Of a DNA stretch of 64,000 nucleotides, positions 11,785 through 24,889 are shown piece after piece (within the stretch, counting starts at the first letter, position 1; each line of letters begins with the position of its first letter). The notes beneath the pieces were generated by a model. That model had not been told where the DNA came from, ran no database searches, and saw nothing but the letters and a program-made list of their open reading frames with translations. The position numbers and the translations under genes were made by a program. This stretch comes from Kondoa subrosea (taxonomy: Eukaryota), in the NCBI GenBank assembly GCA_039545335.1, contig BCIN01000002.1, positions 1,253,118-1,317,117 of the forward strand. The letters are read 5' to 3'.

Positions 11785-14700
11785 TCAATGCAAATACACT
11801 TCCTGCCTTGATAATTCGTGATAAGTGCTAGCAGAGAGTTTGTACCGTAACATCTATGCCAAAACGTAAGGGAATAACTTAAAGACGATTTGAGAGCACT
11901 CACTCCAGCAAACATGATCAAAGCTCTTGCTTTTGTGCGCACTTCAGTCATTCGCTGCGTATCTCTGTGTCAGTATGGCCTATCTGCATAATTGGTATTT
12001 TAACTCACGTTCTGCCTGCTGACATCTCCATAAGGTGACTCCTTGAGTTTTTGATGAATTGAGAAAAGAATGTTCATTCCAAACAGTAGGATAGCGTCAA
12101 AGTTTCTGACGATCGCTTCGTCTAACGTCTTGAAATCGTCTGCTGCCTTTATGATAGGTACCACATCGCCTTCTGATCGAAGTGGTACAAGGTTGACAGA
12201 TTCGAAAGTCTTTCACCAAGATCAGTCGCTTGTCATATGTGGGAGGTATTAAAGGCTCACAACTAAAGCATCATCCAGTCGGCCAGATTCATACATCCCA
12301 AACGCATCTTTCAGCTTCATGAGTTTCTGCAAAGTCTCTCTTGCATTCCTGTTCAATCTTACGCCATTGGCTTCATAATGCTCAAGCACGCTCTTTGCTG
12401 TCGCTAATACATCTTGAGAAGCGGTAGTAGTATTAAGCTGAACATTCGGTTGATTAGGTTGAGAAAGAGAACTGCCTAATTCACTATTGAGAGTAGCAAT
12501 GACGCTATCGTAATTTTCGGCGATGTTGTACAGGAGAATAATGTCGTTGAAAGAGACATTAGCATCAGCTGAAGTGACCACAGACGCCACAATAGATTTG
12601 ATCCAAGATTTAGGATCAGCAACCCCAAGCAGTGTCGCGTTTTGAGGAATAGCGCCAGGCTGGTCATCTGTATTAGCATCTTATCGCTCGAATCTGATGA
12701 AGACATACCAATTTCTTTCCCTCTGTGTCCAATTCACCCAATAAAGCAGCATAGGCTTTACTATGCACGAGCAATTCTTTGACATAATCCGCAACGATTG
12801 CTTGTTGCTGCTCTCTTACTGCTGCGTTCTCTGCTGTACCAAGACTGACGAGCGCAATATATTGAAGAGCATGAGTCGGATCAGCTTTGACGAAAGACCA
12901 ATAATAGCGGTGTAGGAATTTGGCGAAATTTAGTCGACAGATCTCATAGCCTTGAAGATCCGTTTCAGCCGTTACTGTGCATCACACCAAACCTTCTTAG
13001 GCACAAAATTAGCCAAAGAAAAGTTCGCAGACGCACAATAGTCCATTTCTGCCAATTTGCTTGGATCGGGCACTCGAATCAAGCCATAGTAAGCAAGCGC
13101 AATTCCAAAGTGAACAGCATCCGTTCGATGTGCTTGTCTGCTGTAAAGGAAAGCCACCGCCTGTGCAACCATTCCATTAGTATTGAAACGCGGTAAGGGA
13201 AATAAGAAATGTACCCTTTCGAATTGCCCGCTCATCAGCAAGACCTGGAAATACAACCCTGGTCTATCCCTTTTAGGATCCCAATGGTTTTCGCCGAACT
13301 TCCTCAAGACATTAGCTAAATCCCTTAAACCATATTTATCGCTTCTAGTATTTCCAGCTACAGCAGCAGAAGTAGCAGTTTCGTGATGTTCATGAACGAG
13401 TGATAATTGTAACCAAAGCCAATGTTCCGTTTTATCCGTTACTGAGGGGATGTTGCGTTTGTTTAGATCTGCTCGACCAATGATTTTGTAGAGCGCTAAT
13501 TTGAAAGGATCAGCTACTGAGGAGGATAGAGGTGTTGAAGAGGTTGCAGGATGAAGATAACGGATCTTCTGGTTGTATTCGTTCAGGAATCGTTCTCGAT
13601 TGTTCTTTGTTAGCCTGCTCGTGACCGGTCAAATCAGCTATCAGAAATAGCGGGATCTGAAGGATGACGAACACTCCATTCTGTGCCCAATCCTTAAAGT
13701 ATGACATGAAGTTTGATTCGGAAGCATTGATACCGCTAATGATTTCTTTTGAAGAAGCGAACGTGACAGCATCTTGTTTCAAACCTGCTCGTAATAAAAA
13801 GAAGAGTCGAGCCCAAACAGGTTGACCGCTGATGATCTGTAAGGGAAGTTACAGAAATCAGATGCATTCATCTGGATCCAGCGAACATTCCCACCTCTAA
13901 TATTGGATTCCATCCTCCACCTTGTACAGAATACACTATGGAGACATAGGCTCGCAGTTTATTGCTGTTGCTAGGTACTCCGCCTAAATTAGCTTGTTGT
14001 GGATTCTTGAGCAGAGTAGCTTCAACATGCTTGAGAAATCTGTACGATGACCAAAAACTCTTTTAGCACATAACTATGCTGAAGTGATTCTGATACGTAC
14101 TGATCTTCCAAAAACGCTTTGCTACCTCTAGCAACTTGCATTCTAAACTCAATCCCTTCTTTCGCTTCCGAACTTTCAACAGAATAAGCTTTAGCATATT
14201 GATTTTGCTTCTTTTCATCTTTGACAAATTGACCATTCTGACCAACGCAATCTTTTTCGCCCAAGATATATTTCAATAAAGTGTAAGTGTCTTGTAAAGG
14301 TAAAGCTCGATCTGAAGTTTGACCCATTGCGAAAGTGTTTGAAGGTGCAACAGCATCTGATAGTAGAGTAAGAATGCCCAAAGGTGTAGAAGATTTCCTA
14401 GATTCGTTCAAATGGGCAATGACTGAATCGTACTTCATCATTTTGGTATGTAAAGCTAATTCTGATCCGGGACCTAAAGAAGCTGCTTGATTTAAGTAAG
14501 AGGTAGAAGAAGAAGAAGATTGATTGTAACCAGAAGTAGATTTCCTTTTGCGACCTGGTGAAGTAGTGGAATCCGATAAATCGTTTGAAGTAGAAGAAGA
14601 AGATAAGAATTGAGGTTGATGTCTACCTAATTCTTCAAAGATGGTTTGTTTCTGTTTCTCCCAATCTCGAAACATGTCTTCCCTTAGCGAAGTATAGAAA

Positions 14701-15170
14701 TCGCGCATAGTTTCTTGTCGACCTTGTTCAACGCAATCTACCAATATTGACTGATGAGCTTGTCTTGTCAAGAAGGCAATATCGTTGTCTGCATGAGCTT
14801 GCAAAGGAGCAAAAGCATTCTGTGGTTGTAAGGAAGCTAGAGTTCGGTTCAACGAAGAAGTGTCGACTTGAGCTTGAGCGAGTAAATACTGAGCTTTGGC
14901 TTGCTCGTCTTCCCTGTTTGCTTGCTCATATCCAGATCCAGATCCAGAAGCGAAGAGGGACGAAGGCTGCTGCGAAGTATAAGCACTTCGAGCTGCCAGT
15001 CGCCGAGATTGTTGTTCAATCTGTTCCAAGCCCAATTCTATCGAAGGCAGAGCATAGCCTGAGTGGTTGTTGCTACCTTTAGACCCTGAGGCAGCCGTGT
15101 AAGGGTCTTGTATAGACGAGGATAGCTTTTTGCTTTGCTCGAGGATGGAAGCGAGGGTAGGACGATCCAT
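11785..15170 (-). CDS. NIC96: Nucleoporin Nic96/Nup93
   Basis: LPSIELGLEQIEQQSRRL, DWEKQKQTIFEELG, VWARLFFLLRAG, DPFKLALYKIIGR, TEHWLWLQL, YFQVLLMSGQFE, DAVHFGIALAYYGL, ARALIMFAG. Confidence 0.93.
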
Positions 15171-15329
15171 GGTTGTCCTGTCTTGACCCTAAGTGTCCAG
15201 ATTGACAGACCAGACGTGTACTTGACTGAATCCGGCTGTTCCAGGTCAAGCGCCTGACCTTGATAAACTCGAATGCCTTTGACAGCATACCGCCATCTTG
15301 CCTGTCTTCTACTCAATCATAGGCCTACA

Positions 15330-16385
15330 ATGTCAAAGGCTTCAACACATTACGATGCACTGTTCGTTCAGAGGGCTGAACTTAGCATTCCCGTGTGAAC
15401 TCGCCTGACTTTGTCGTTTCGGCCTTGCTTGAATACAGTATCAAACTTCTCTTGATTGGTGATTCTGGCGTTGGCAAATCATGTCTACTGCTACGGTAGG
15501 TCTTTGCTCTGTTTGGCGCAGTCTCAAGCTTACAAAGAGGACTGGGCAATAAGGTTCGCAGACGATGCCTGGACACCGAGTTTCATTACTACCATTGGAA
15601 TTGGTCTGTCTTACACTGGATTGGTCATTGCACTACATGTAGCTGATCATTATTATGTAGACTTCAAGATCCGGACTATTGAATTGGATGGCAAGAGAAT
15701 CAAATTACAAATCTGGGACACAGCAGGACAGGAACGCTTTAGAACAATCACTACTGGTCAGGACCGCTTCCATTTTCTCACTGTATAGCTGATGAGATAG
15801 CCGGTCACCTTGACAGCATATTATAGAGGAGCTATGGGCATCTTGCTCGTTTACGATGTAACGGACGAACGATCTTTCAACAGTGCATTCTCTTCGTCTT
15901 GCTGAAATACTGGCATGCTAATCAAGGGTAACAGATGTACGAACTTGGCATGCGAATGTAGAACAACACGCTTCAGAGGGAGTCAACAAGATTCTGATTG
16001 GCAACAAATGTGATTGGGAAGAGAAGAAGGTGCGCTTTCCACCTACACTATGTTCGTTGAGGACTTGTATCTGATTGAATCTTGCACAGGTCGTTTCAAC
16101 AGAGCAAGGTCAAGAATTAGCAAACGAATTAGGCATACCTTTCCTTGAAACTTCAGCTAAATCAAACATCAACGTCGAAGACGCTTTCGTAGCTCTAGCG
16201 AGGTTCGTGTGAAGATTGATCATCAGTGTGCAGCTGATTGATCGGAATCTATTTTGAACAGGGATATCAAAGTTCGACTCATCGATACAGCTACAAGTCC
16301 AACAGGTCCAGGTGGATCAGGCCAATCCAGCTCAAGCATCAAACCTGGTCAAGGGGAAAACAAAGCTGGGAATGGGTGCTGCTAA
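15330..16385 (+). CDS. SEC4: Rab8/Sec4/Ypt2 small GTPase
   Basis: [73 protein letters not shown] and a C-terminal CC prenylation motif. Confidence 0.93.
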
Positions 16386-16543
16386 AGATTTTTGGTTTAC
16401 GATTTGTGTTTTATACCTATCCTCTTCCTTTTTTCTCTTCTACTACTGTGTAATGAAACGTAACGAGCTATCCTTATCCCCTAATCTCCTATTTCTGTAC
16501 AGGCTGATGCGAGTTACTATTATCTTGCTCCTACTCCCACGCT

Positions 16544-16741
16544 TCAACAACTATTCTTGATCAGTAGAGCGATTCTAGCAAGATTGGCAGGAATAGATTT
16601 ATTTGCAGCTGCAAATTCACCGGCCATCTTTGCTGCGCGAAGGATATGTGGTCGATTTCCACAAACTTTAAAGATTGCGGCTGGAATAGTATCGGTTCCG
16701 AGAAGATTGCTATCTCGTCGGAGCTGCTTCCACTTCCCCAT
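16544..16741 (-). pseudogene. Orphan C-terminal remnant of an F-box-like family A paralog
   Basis: PAAIFKVCGNRPHILRAAKMA matches the family A C-terminal motif (PVFSILEDRPRLLRAACMA; PVMSIRRDRPKILRAA). It lies just downstream of the stop of the neighbouring copy. Confidence 0.5.
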
Positions 16742-16795
16742 CCGCTACTAGCTTTGCTTCTACTTCAGTTATACAATGAGCTTCAATTCCTCTTG

Positions 16796-18203
16796 TTATT
16801 GCGTTTGAGCGCTGGCCAATGCGATTCTTGGGAGATTGTCTCGGATGGATCGTGACGCTGTCGCAACCTTTTCAGCCATGCAGGCAGCCCGAAGCAAGCG
16901 TGGCCGGTCTTCAAGAATACTGAAGACAGGCAAAAGGAGACCCCAAGGTTCGAAAGGCGTCGCATATGGTCGTAGTTGCAAACTTGCCAAAGAGGGTGTG
17001 ATCGTCAGATTAGCTAGGTCAGACCAGAAGAGATCGTCCAACAAGTAAAGTGGGATGTCGAGATATTTGAGATCCGGCATTGCCTGCAAAGATGTCAACA
17101 GATTGCAGGATGCATGAAATTGTATCACTCACTATCCACTTGTCTCGCATGCTGTCCTCGTGGCCCGTTCCCAAGGGCAAAAGCAAAGATAGATGCTGTA
17201 TTGTTACAGGAATGCTGGAAATCAATAGCTTGAGGTCTAATTGGCTAATATGGTGTTGTGTCTGCTCCGCAAACGTCCAGCTGGAAGTGACCACAAGCCT
17301 GTAGATCATGTCAGTGAGATTCGGAGATCAATGATGTCCATACCTGCGGAGGTGAGGCATACAGCGGACAAGTCTACAAACCAGATCATGACTTGCCCTT
17401 GTATGATATATGTCCAGCGTTGAGACGCCAGCGGAAAGAGTTTGCTGCATTTGCAAGACCACATGAAAATCGGAGCATGCAGAAATGATGTCTTCTCCGG
17501 TGGTGAGGTCAATTTCATGTGGGAAGGCAAGTCCTTTGATGACCGGCATGCGATGTAGAACGGCAACAAATGCGTCTACGCATGACCCTGGAGTTGAGAT
17601 AGACTCTAGAACACTGAGCCTTGGAAAGAGAATGCCTATATTTGGCGGTGCATCGTTTTCGTCGATCAACTCCCTGTTCCAGTCGGGGTCAAACAGACAT
17701 GCGGATGCATCAAAGCCGAGTCTTAGGTGTTGAAGCTGCGTGGAAACTCCAGATAAAGACCGCATGGAATTCCAGAACCTGGTCGTATAATAGCTGATAT
17801 CCAGTGCTGCCAAATCCAACGTCTTCAGGTATGCGCCAAGCGGTCGTCCACAAGCTGCTACTCCAGCTGCTACGGAGAAAGCTGTAAACGTATCTTCGGA
17901 GAAAAACCTTAACCTCGAGCACTGTCCCCGCGGATGAGAGAGCTTCATGTGTGCACGTTTAGTAAAGGGAGTCATCCGTTGTGATTGCACTGACCTTACT
18001 GAATGAGATTGCCAATCACCAAGAGTCTCCCAAAGAGATTGCATACGCCTGTATTGTTCTTCATCCTGAGCCGTAGGTAAAGAGTCTTCCGCCAGCAGAG
18101 ATAGAATCAAGCGATACAATTCTGGCGCTGCAGGTAAGGTATCAGCTTTAACAGAGAATTCGAACTGGAGCTGTATGTTTGCTCACTTACCCAGTCTAGT
18201 CAT
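16796..18203 (-). CDS. F-box-like / RNI-LRR-like protein, family A copy 3
   Basis: ATG at 18203 followed by a phase-1 intron after codon 4, as in copy 1, giving MTRLAPELYRLIL. GRPLGAYLKTLDL matches GPPIATFLKDLDL; LVRCMPHLRR; DRPRLLRAA. Confidence 0.65.
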
Positions 18204-18409
18204 GATGTTCAGTCACTGGCCAGAGCACCAAATTTGAGAACTTGAATGCGCGACTTCGCCAGAAGTAAAAGGCAACGGGCCAAGGAATTCTTGAGAGACC
18301 ATGCCAATTGCAACAGACTCGTAACTTGTGAGTTTCACTCAAGCAGTCTCGGTGATTTCTTGACAATTGAATTCGCTGATCATAAGCAACCCGCATCATA
18401 TCAATGCAA

Positions 18410-20033
18410 TCACAATTCCTCATGCACCACCTTCTTACTGGTCTTACTCTTCCTCCTCAAATCCTCCATCCGTTTCTCAGCAGCCGCAAACTCCTTTCTA
18501 GCCCTTTCTAACTCTTCTTCCAACGCATCATCCATTTCATTCTCTTCCTCCGCTTGCAATAAAATCTCCTGCGTATCGTCTAAATATGCATCTTGCCTTT
18601 TATCTGTATTGTAGACTGGATCGGCTTCTGTTGCGTTGTAAGTGGAAGTAGGTTTGAGGGAAAAGGTTTCTGGTTCTGGCGATGCTGCTGCAGGCGATCC
18701 CGGTTCAGAGATTTCAAGAGTAAGAGAAGAGGTAGGTATCGGGCTTGAGATTTCTAGTGAGGTGGAAGTAGAAGTGCTGCTTTCTAGTTCATGGATTGGT
18801 AAAGTCGCTTCTGACAAATCGTCCGAATCGGAGTTGAAGTCTGAAGAAGTGGAAGAGATCTGAGAGGAGACAGGCGCTGCGGTAATAGGGGAAGATAATC
18901 GAGCTGAAGAGGTAATCGATATCGGTTGCTCGGCAGAAGAAGGTATGGGCGAAGGAGTAGATGTGACTTGAGATGCTAGAGAAGCCAGAGTAGCAGTAGC
19001 TATCGTCGAAAGAGCCGTCAATACTTCAGACATGCCCGTTTCGCTCGGTAGCAAACTTGAAGTGACTGCTTCGACTATTGCTCGTTTCTTTGTCTTCCCA
19101 CCTCGGCCGACCAAAATATTCATTATTCGAAGACCTCGATCCAGTATCCTTCGCTTGATGATAAAGAGGCAAACGAGAATGAAGAAGAGCAAAGCTGCAC
19201 CCATCAAAAGTCTGTCCATAGTATCGGCTTGCTCAAGTGATGTAATCAAGGCTTTCGAGGTATTCAGAAACACAGAAAGTTTAGAGTATTGCTCGTTGGT
19301 GAGTCGAAGAGTAGCAGAAGATTGTTCTATTCATAAAGATTCCAGCTTGCTAGACATGCAGGAGACATAATGTATTACCTAGCATTTGATTCGAAAGAAC
19401 TGATCTATCCAACTCTTGTTGCATCATCTGCATAGTCTGCCGTAGACTGTCAGTCACATCTGATGTAGCTGACATAAGGGCATCGTCGCTATTTGCAGGT
19501 TAGAACAATGCCTTGAGAGTAGCTAACAAGCTTACCTTGAACCATTTGATTGCTCTTTTACTACCTTTGATGTAGTCGCAGAGCTCTTGAGCAAATCATT
19601 CCGCCGCGAGGAAGCAATTTGTGAATCAAGCCTTCGTTTCGACGTCAAAGCAGCATCACGGAATTTGACCCTCAGACTGTTTCAAGGAGGATGAGCAGTC
19701 GAATAAGACGCAGAGGTGGAGAACGTACGAAGAAAGGGAGGTAGTGAACGAATGCAGAGATGATAGGGCAGCACGTCGTTCTGCCTCGGTGACGCGCTCT
19801 TCCGCTTGCAGCTCCAATTCCTGACTAGACACCTTCAACACTCATCCATACTACCTTGTTGAAGCTGGACGCGCCTCTAGATCTCTCTGCAATCCAGCAA
19901 ATTCCTCTTTTATAGATTCCAGCATTTCTGCATGCTCTGCCTCGCTGATTCCTTGCGCTGCTTTCAAGTTGGGTATCTGATAGCTTAATAGATCATCCAG
20001 TCTCCTCTGGACAGACTCAGCTAGCCCAGACAT
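18410..20033 (-). CDS. SEC20: ER SNARE Sec20 with long lumenal S/T/P-rich tail ending HEEL
   Basis: Sec20 domain ATSDVTDSLRQTMQMMQQELDRS...SKALITSLEQADTMDRLLMGAALLFFILVCLFIIKRRI; C-terminal HEEL. Confidence 0.88.
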
Positions 20034-20118
20034 TTCGGTATATCGTGACGCAGGTCCAACATTCAAGTTTAGCTGTTTCTATTTGTCAGCCCTTCTTCTC
20101 TTACCGCCAACTGTTACA

Positions 20119-22947
20119 ATGTCGAAGGAAACTACTATTGGTCGCTATTTGTCCGTTGCCCTGCGCTAAGTAGCCTTGCTAGGCTTGCTTTGCTGAGAGT
20201 CTTCGCTGATGTAATTTCTTTAGTCTTGACCGTATTGCTGGACTAGGCATTACTGCAATCTTCGGAGTACCTGGGTCTGCTTTCAATAGCTCTTGATTGT
20301 TGCTGCGCTGATCATTGGACTACTCTAGCGATTTCAATCTTGCTTGTTTGTGTTGCTGTCGGCTTTGCTTGAATCTTTATCTCAAGCTTCGGTATAGTTC
20401 TGGATCTTATTGAGGAGCATCCAAAACTCGAATGGATCGGTTGCTGGTACGTCCTAGCTGTTACTAGATTGTTTTCTCAGCTCAAAATTGCTTAAGTAAT
20501 GAACTGAATGCCGCTTATGCTGCGTATGATTTACTATCTACGCAGAATAAATACCAAACATCTAATATAAGTGCTTAGCGATGGATATGCTCGAGTTTCC
20601 GGTAAACCAGGAGTGCTCTTGACAAGTCAGTTTGATCTGTTCAAGTGTATCCGCCTTTGACCTTCTAATCCACCTCTAGCATTCGGTGTCGGTGAATTGA
20701 GCTGCATGTGAGTCAAATCTCTAGATTCATGTAGGCTTCTGAGCTGATACAACGCAGCAACGGAATTGCTGGCTCTTTCTCGGAGAGAATTCCTATCATC
20801 CATCTGGTCGGTGTACCAAGCACGAAGTTGCAAGCACACGTAGGCTTCAATCCAACGCTATCACTAATATCTGATTCTCCTCATAGAAAGCGCTACTTCA
20901 TCACACTCTAGGAGATGGTCGTTTCGATGCTTTCACAGCCATGTCTTCTCATGTTGCGGCAGCTCAAGCTTTGCTCATATCTGAATCTCATAATGCGGGT
21001 GGGAAATCAGCGACAGAAGAGATAGATCGAGTTCTTAAAATTTGTGTCAAATCCGCTCGACCGGTCAGCGTTTCCAGTTTTCATGACAAGACTTATTGCT
21101 AACTAAAGGCATCTTTAGGTCTATATCACGTTACCAACCGACATGGTATATGCTAAGACTTCGGCACATGCCTTAGAGCACGAAATTACTATCGAGTCGG
21201 TAAAACAAGAGATCATGGATGATAGTCAGAACAAAGATGTATGTGGTGTAGGGCTCATTTGATATTATGCGGCTAATCATTCTTCTCTCTCTAGCTAGCC
21301 GACTTTGTAGTCAAGCAGATTGTCGATTTGTACCAAAAAGCAGAGAAACCCGTTATTCTTGTAGGCTTGTTAGATATGACTGTACGTATATCGCTGACTA
21401 ATTGTGCAGATCGACGCTTGTGCTATCCGATATGGAGTTCAAAAGCTTTGCAAAGAACTTGTAGAAGCTACCAACATGCCTGCATGTCAATATTCCTTCG
21501 TGTTGACTAGATCGCTGATGCCCTGTGAATCATAACAGTATTTCACCTCTCCTATGGGCAAGACTGCATTAGATGAACAGCACCCTAATTTCAGCGGCTG
21601 CTATATTGGTGTAAGTATACTCCCGGCGATCTGATACAAGCTGATGAAACTCATCAGTCTGTATCGACTGACGTTGTCAAGGATCTGTTTGAAAGCTCAG
21701 ACTTTGTTCTCAATGTCGGTAGCTTGCAATCAGACTTTAATACTGGAAGCTTTGTAGGCTTAAATTATTGCGAGAAGTACACCGTGCTGATTGACAGGAA
21801 TAGAGCTATCGAATCAAAGAAGAGCAATCGGTTGAGCTTCACTCAGATCATACTAAAGTACAATGTGAGATCGGCTTAATTGACTTCGGTTTGCAGCTGA
21901 CGCTACGAGGCAGATGCGAAATACGATGACCTCAGCTTCCACATTCTATTACCTCGATTGATCAAAGCTCTAGCAGAAGTTGAACCCAAAGGAAGGATGA
22001 ACCCAGTCCAGGGAGCAGGCCTCACAGCTGCTCCTCAGTCCATTACCGGAGATGTTATTAAGCAAGCAGACTTTTGGCCGACTGTTGCTTCTGGTCTACG
22101 CAAAGGAGTAAGTGAACAAGTTCCACCTCGAACGACGCCGACATGAACCACAGGATGTTACTATCGCCGAAACGGGAACTTCCAGTTTTGGTATTCTGGA
22201 CGCTCAGCTTCCTTCTGGAACTACACATTGCTCACAAGTTTTATGGGTTTGTCAAGCACTCGCGCCACTACTATGTCTTACCAAGTTCTAGGGGAGCATT
22301 GGCTGGGCGACTGGATGTGTTCTCGGTGCTAGCTATGCTGCAAAACAAATGGGCCGAAGATGTGTTCTCTTTACAGGTATATACATGACAGTCTCGAGAT
22401 ACAATAGCTGAAGAGTACCACAGGTGAAGGCTCTGCTCAAGAAACGATCCAGGATATCTCCACTATCATTCGTCTTGGTTTGACACCGATTCTGTTCATC
22501 CTGAACAATAAGGGCTACACTATCGAACGCTTCATCCATGGTAAGTCTCTTCGCCAATTCGAGTGACATAGCTGAAGTCATATGTAGGCAAGAAGGCTGC
22601 ATACAAGTCAGTGCAAACCAATTGATGGTCTCCGCTTGCTTATGCTTTGAGCAATATAGTGATGTTCCTCTATGGGATTGGCAAAATCTGCTCAAGACCC
22701 TCGGCGCGAAAGAAGGTCAAACCAAAAGCTACTCAATCAAAACACCTTCCGAACTGGACAAGCTACTTAAGGATGAAACATTCCAATCAGCCAAAGTCTT
22801 GCAATTAGTTGAAGTACATATGAACGCTGAAGATGCGCCAAGGGCATTACTTCTACAAGCTGCTTTGGTGTGTTTGATATCTATAGTGCTCTCCGGCTGA
22901 TATGATGCTAACCTGCCTTGCAGAGTGAAAAGGCAAATTCTGGATAG
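20119..22947 (+). CDS. PDC: Pyruvate decarboxylase-family ThDP enzyme (about 21 introns)
   Basis: [65 protein letters not shown]...[24 protein letters not shown]. Confidence 0.93.
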
Positions 22948-23220
22948 ACTGGATGAGACATTAAGGCGGTGATGTGAGATTACCAAGCGCAAACAGCCCA
23001 GCATAACTTCTACTAAAAAAGCGTAGAAGTGACTTTAGAGCGAATCTAGCCTTTTGCAAGTGTAAAACGCGAATTAATCTGAAAAATATAGACTTTGCAT
23101 TGCGCCAGAGAAATATACAACGAGTGAGAGAAAACGAGCATTACACTATAAAACCCTGCTGTAACCGAGGTTTCATGACAAAGTAGCATCTGTCTTGCGT
23201 TTTGACGAAAGAGATTTGTT

Positions 23221-24364
23221 CTAGACATGGAGTCGACGATGGAGTGAGTTGCATGATGTAGAAGTAGACGACAGAAGATTAAGCACAGATATGTAGATAT
23301 GTAGAATATGGTTGACAAAGCGGGAAATGGAGAATTTGCTGCATGAAAAGGTGAGTTGATTCGGATGACGGATAGATTGAAGTGATGGTGGGTGATAGGA
23401 ATGAAGCTGACGTGAAGCCGGAAACCAGCGCGACCACAAGATCAAGCAGCATAATCCCTTTCGAGAACCAAAATTCAGCATTAATGTCATTCGAAACAGA
23501 CGAGAAAACTCACTTTAGGTGTTGAGGTTCACCTCGGTGTCTAGCACTAGGTGCTCTCCTGCCCTCTACTTCTTCCCCTTCACTTCCACCCATGCTCAAA
23601 GGACTTCTACTTCTCTTGGCCTGTCGTTGTTGTTCTGGTTCTTCACTAGCCGAGAAAGACCGACTCAAAGGTGAAGGAGGACCAACTGAAAGACCTCTAG
23701 TAGCGCGTTTGATATCCTGGTTAACGGAAACTGATAAATTGTTTGAGGCACTTGCTGCTACGGATCGTTTTGGTCTTGTAGGTCTTTCTTCAACTGAAAG
23801 ATCAACTGGTGCAGCTTTCCTTTTTCTTGGTGAAGGTGAAGTTATCGGTGTTGGAGGTTCGACCGAGATTCCTAAACTTGGAGGAGGTGAAACTGAATTG
23901 GTTTGTTGTCTTGCTGTGATAGATCTTGAACCTCTTGCTTGACTTGTGCTGGTGGAAGAAGTGTTGATTGCTGAAGGTGCCTGTTTCTTGCTTGATTTGT
24001 TTAATGACTTGGAATGTGCTGATGTCGTTCGCTTGGCTGGTAAGACTGCTGTATGCTTGATGAGTTCAAAGCCGTTCTTGCTGTTCCCGCTGGCTTGAGA
24101 TGTGCTAGCTGAAGAAGAAGAACTTGTTGTGGGGTGATTAGAGATTCGTTTGACAGGACCGCTGCTGTAATCTGCTGGTTCAGCTAGCAGAGCGTGTAAG
24201 GTGATGATTCTTAGAGGCTTGGGCTGAGAAGGAAAGTCTTGCTGTGGTGATCGCATAGGTTGAGCTGACTTCCTTTTCGATATGCGGGCTTTGCGAATGA
24301 CTGGTCTGACGCATTTGTTTGCCAGAGCTGTTGTAGATGCTGTTGAGCTTGATGGAGAGGACAT
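23221..24364 (-). CDS. Hypothetical low-complexity Ser/Pro/Arg/Lys-rich protein (3' end uncertain)
   Basis: 313-codon open frame with ATG at 24364 (MSSPSSS) and a GTGAGT donor near 23515. No recognisable domain. Confidence 0.55.
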
Positions 24365-24889
24365 GGCCGTAGCGAGTGCAAGTTTGTTGGTCGGCGTGGA
24401 AAGGAAGAAGAGTTTTGTCTTCAAGTTGATGTCAACTTTGGGCGATTCCAATCTGGACTCGGTCTTCGCAGATTCCTAGGGGAGTGAGATTGCAAGCTAC
24501 CACAGTCAATGCTGCTACCGTTGCTCTACCTGGCTGGGCTTGCGGAACGATGACAAAGGGGAAATTGGACTTAGGTAAAATTCGGTTAATCTCGTTCTTA
24601 GACCCATAGAAACGCTTCAGATCGCAAACAAGCAGCTCCAAGCTTTATATTACTCCTGAGCATCGATATCAATGCATTGACCTGGAAAAGGTGATCCGGG
24701 ATTACACGCGACTTGACGCGACTGTCTTTTTCTTTTCCTGCCTTCTCGTCTTGCAACTGCCACAACAAGTGCGAATACCCAACTCATCAATACCTGTGTT
24801 ACTGCTTGAGGCGTGATATCCCTAGGCCTGCGACAAAAGATTTACCGTTTTGTTTACATTTCTGCAAAACCCGTGACATTCTCTTCTCG

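Noticed and set aside
20151..20223. CTGAGA in the first PDC intron as a TPP riboswitch
   Set aside because: The remaining conserved aptamer elements are missing and the intron is too short.
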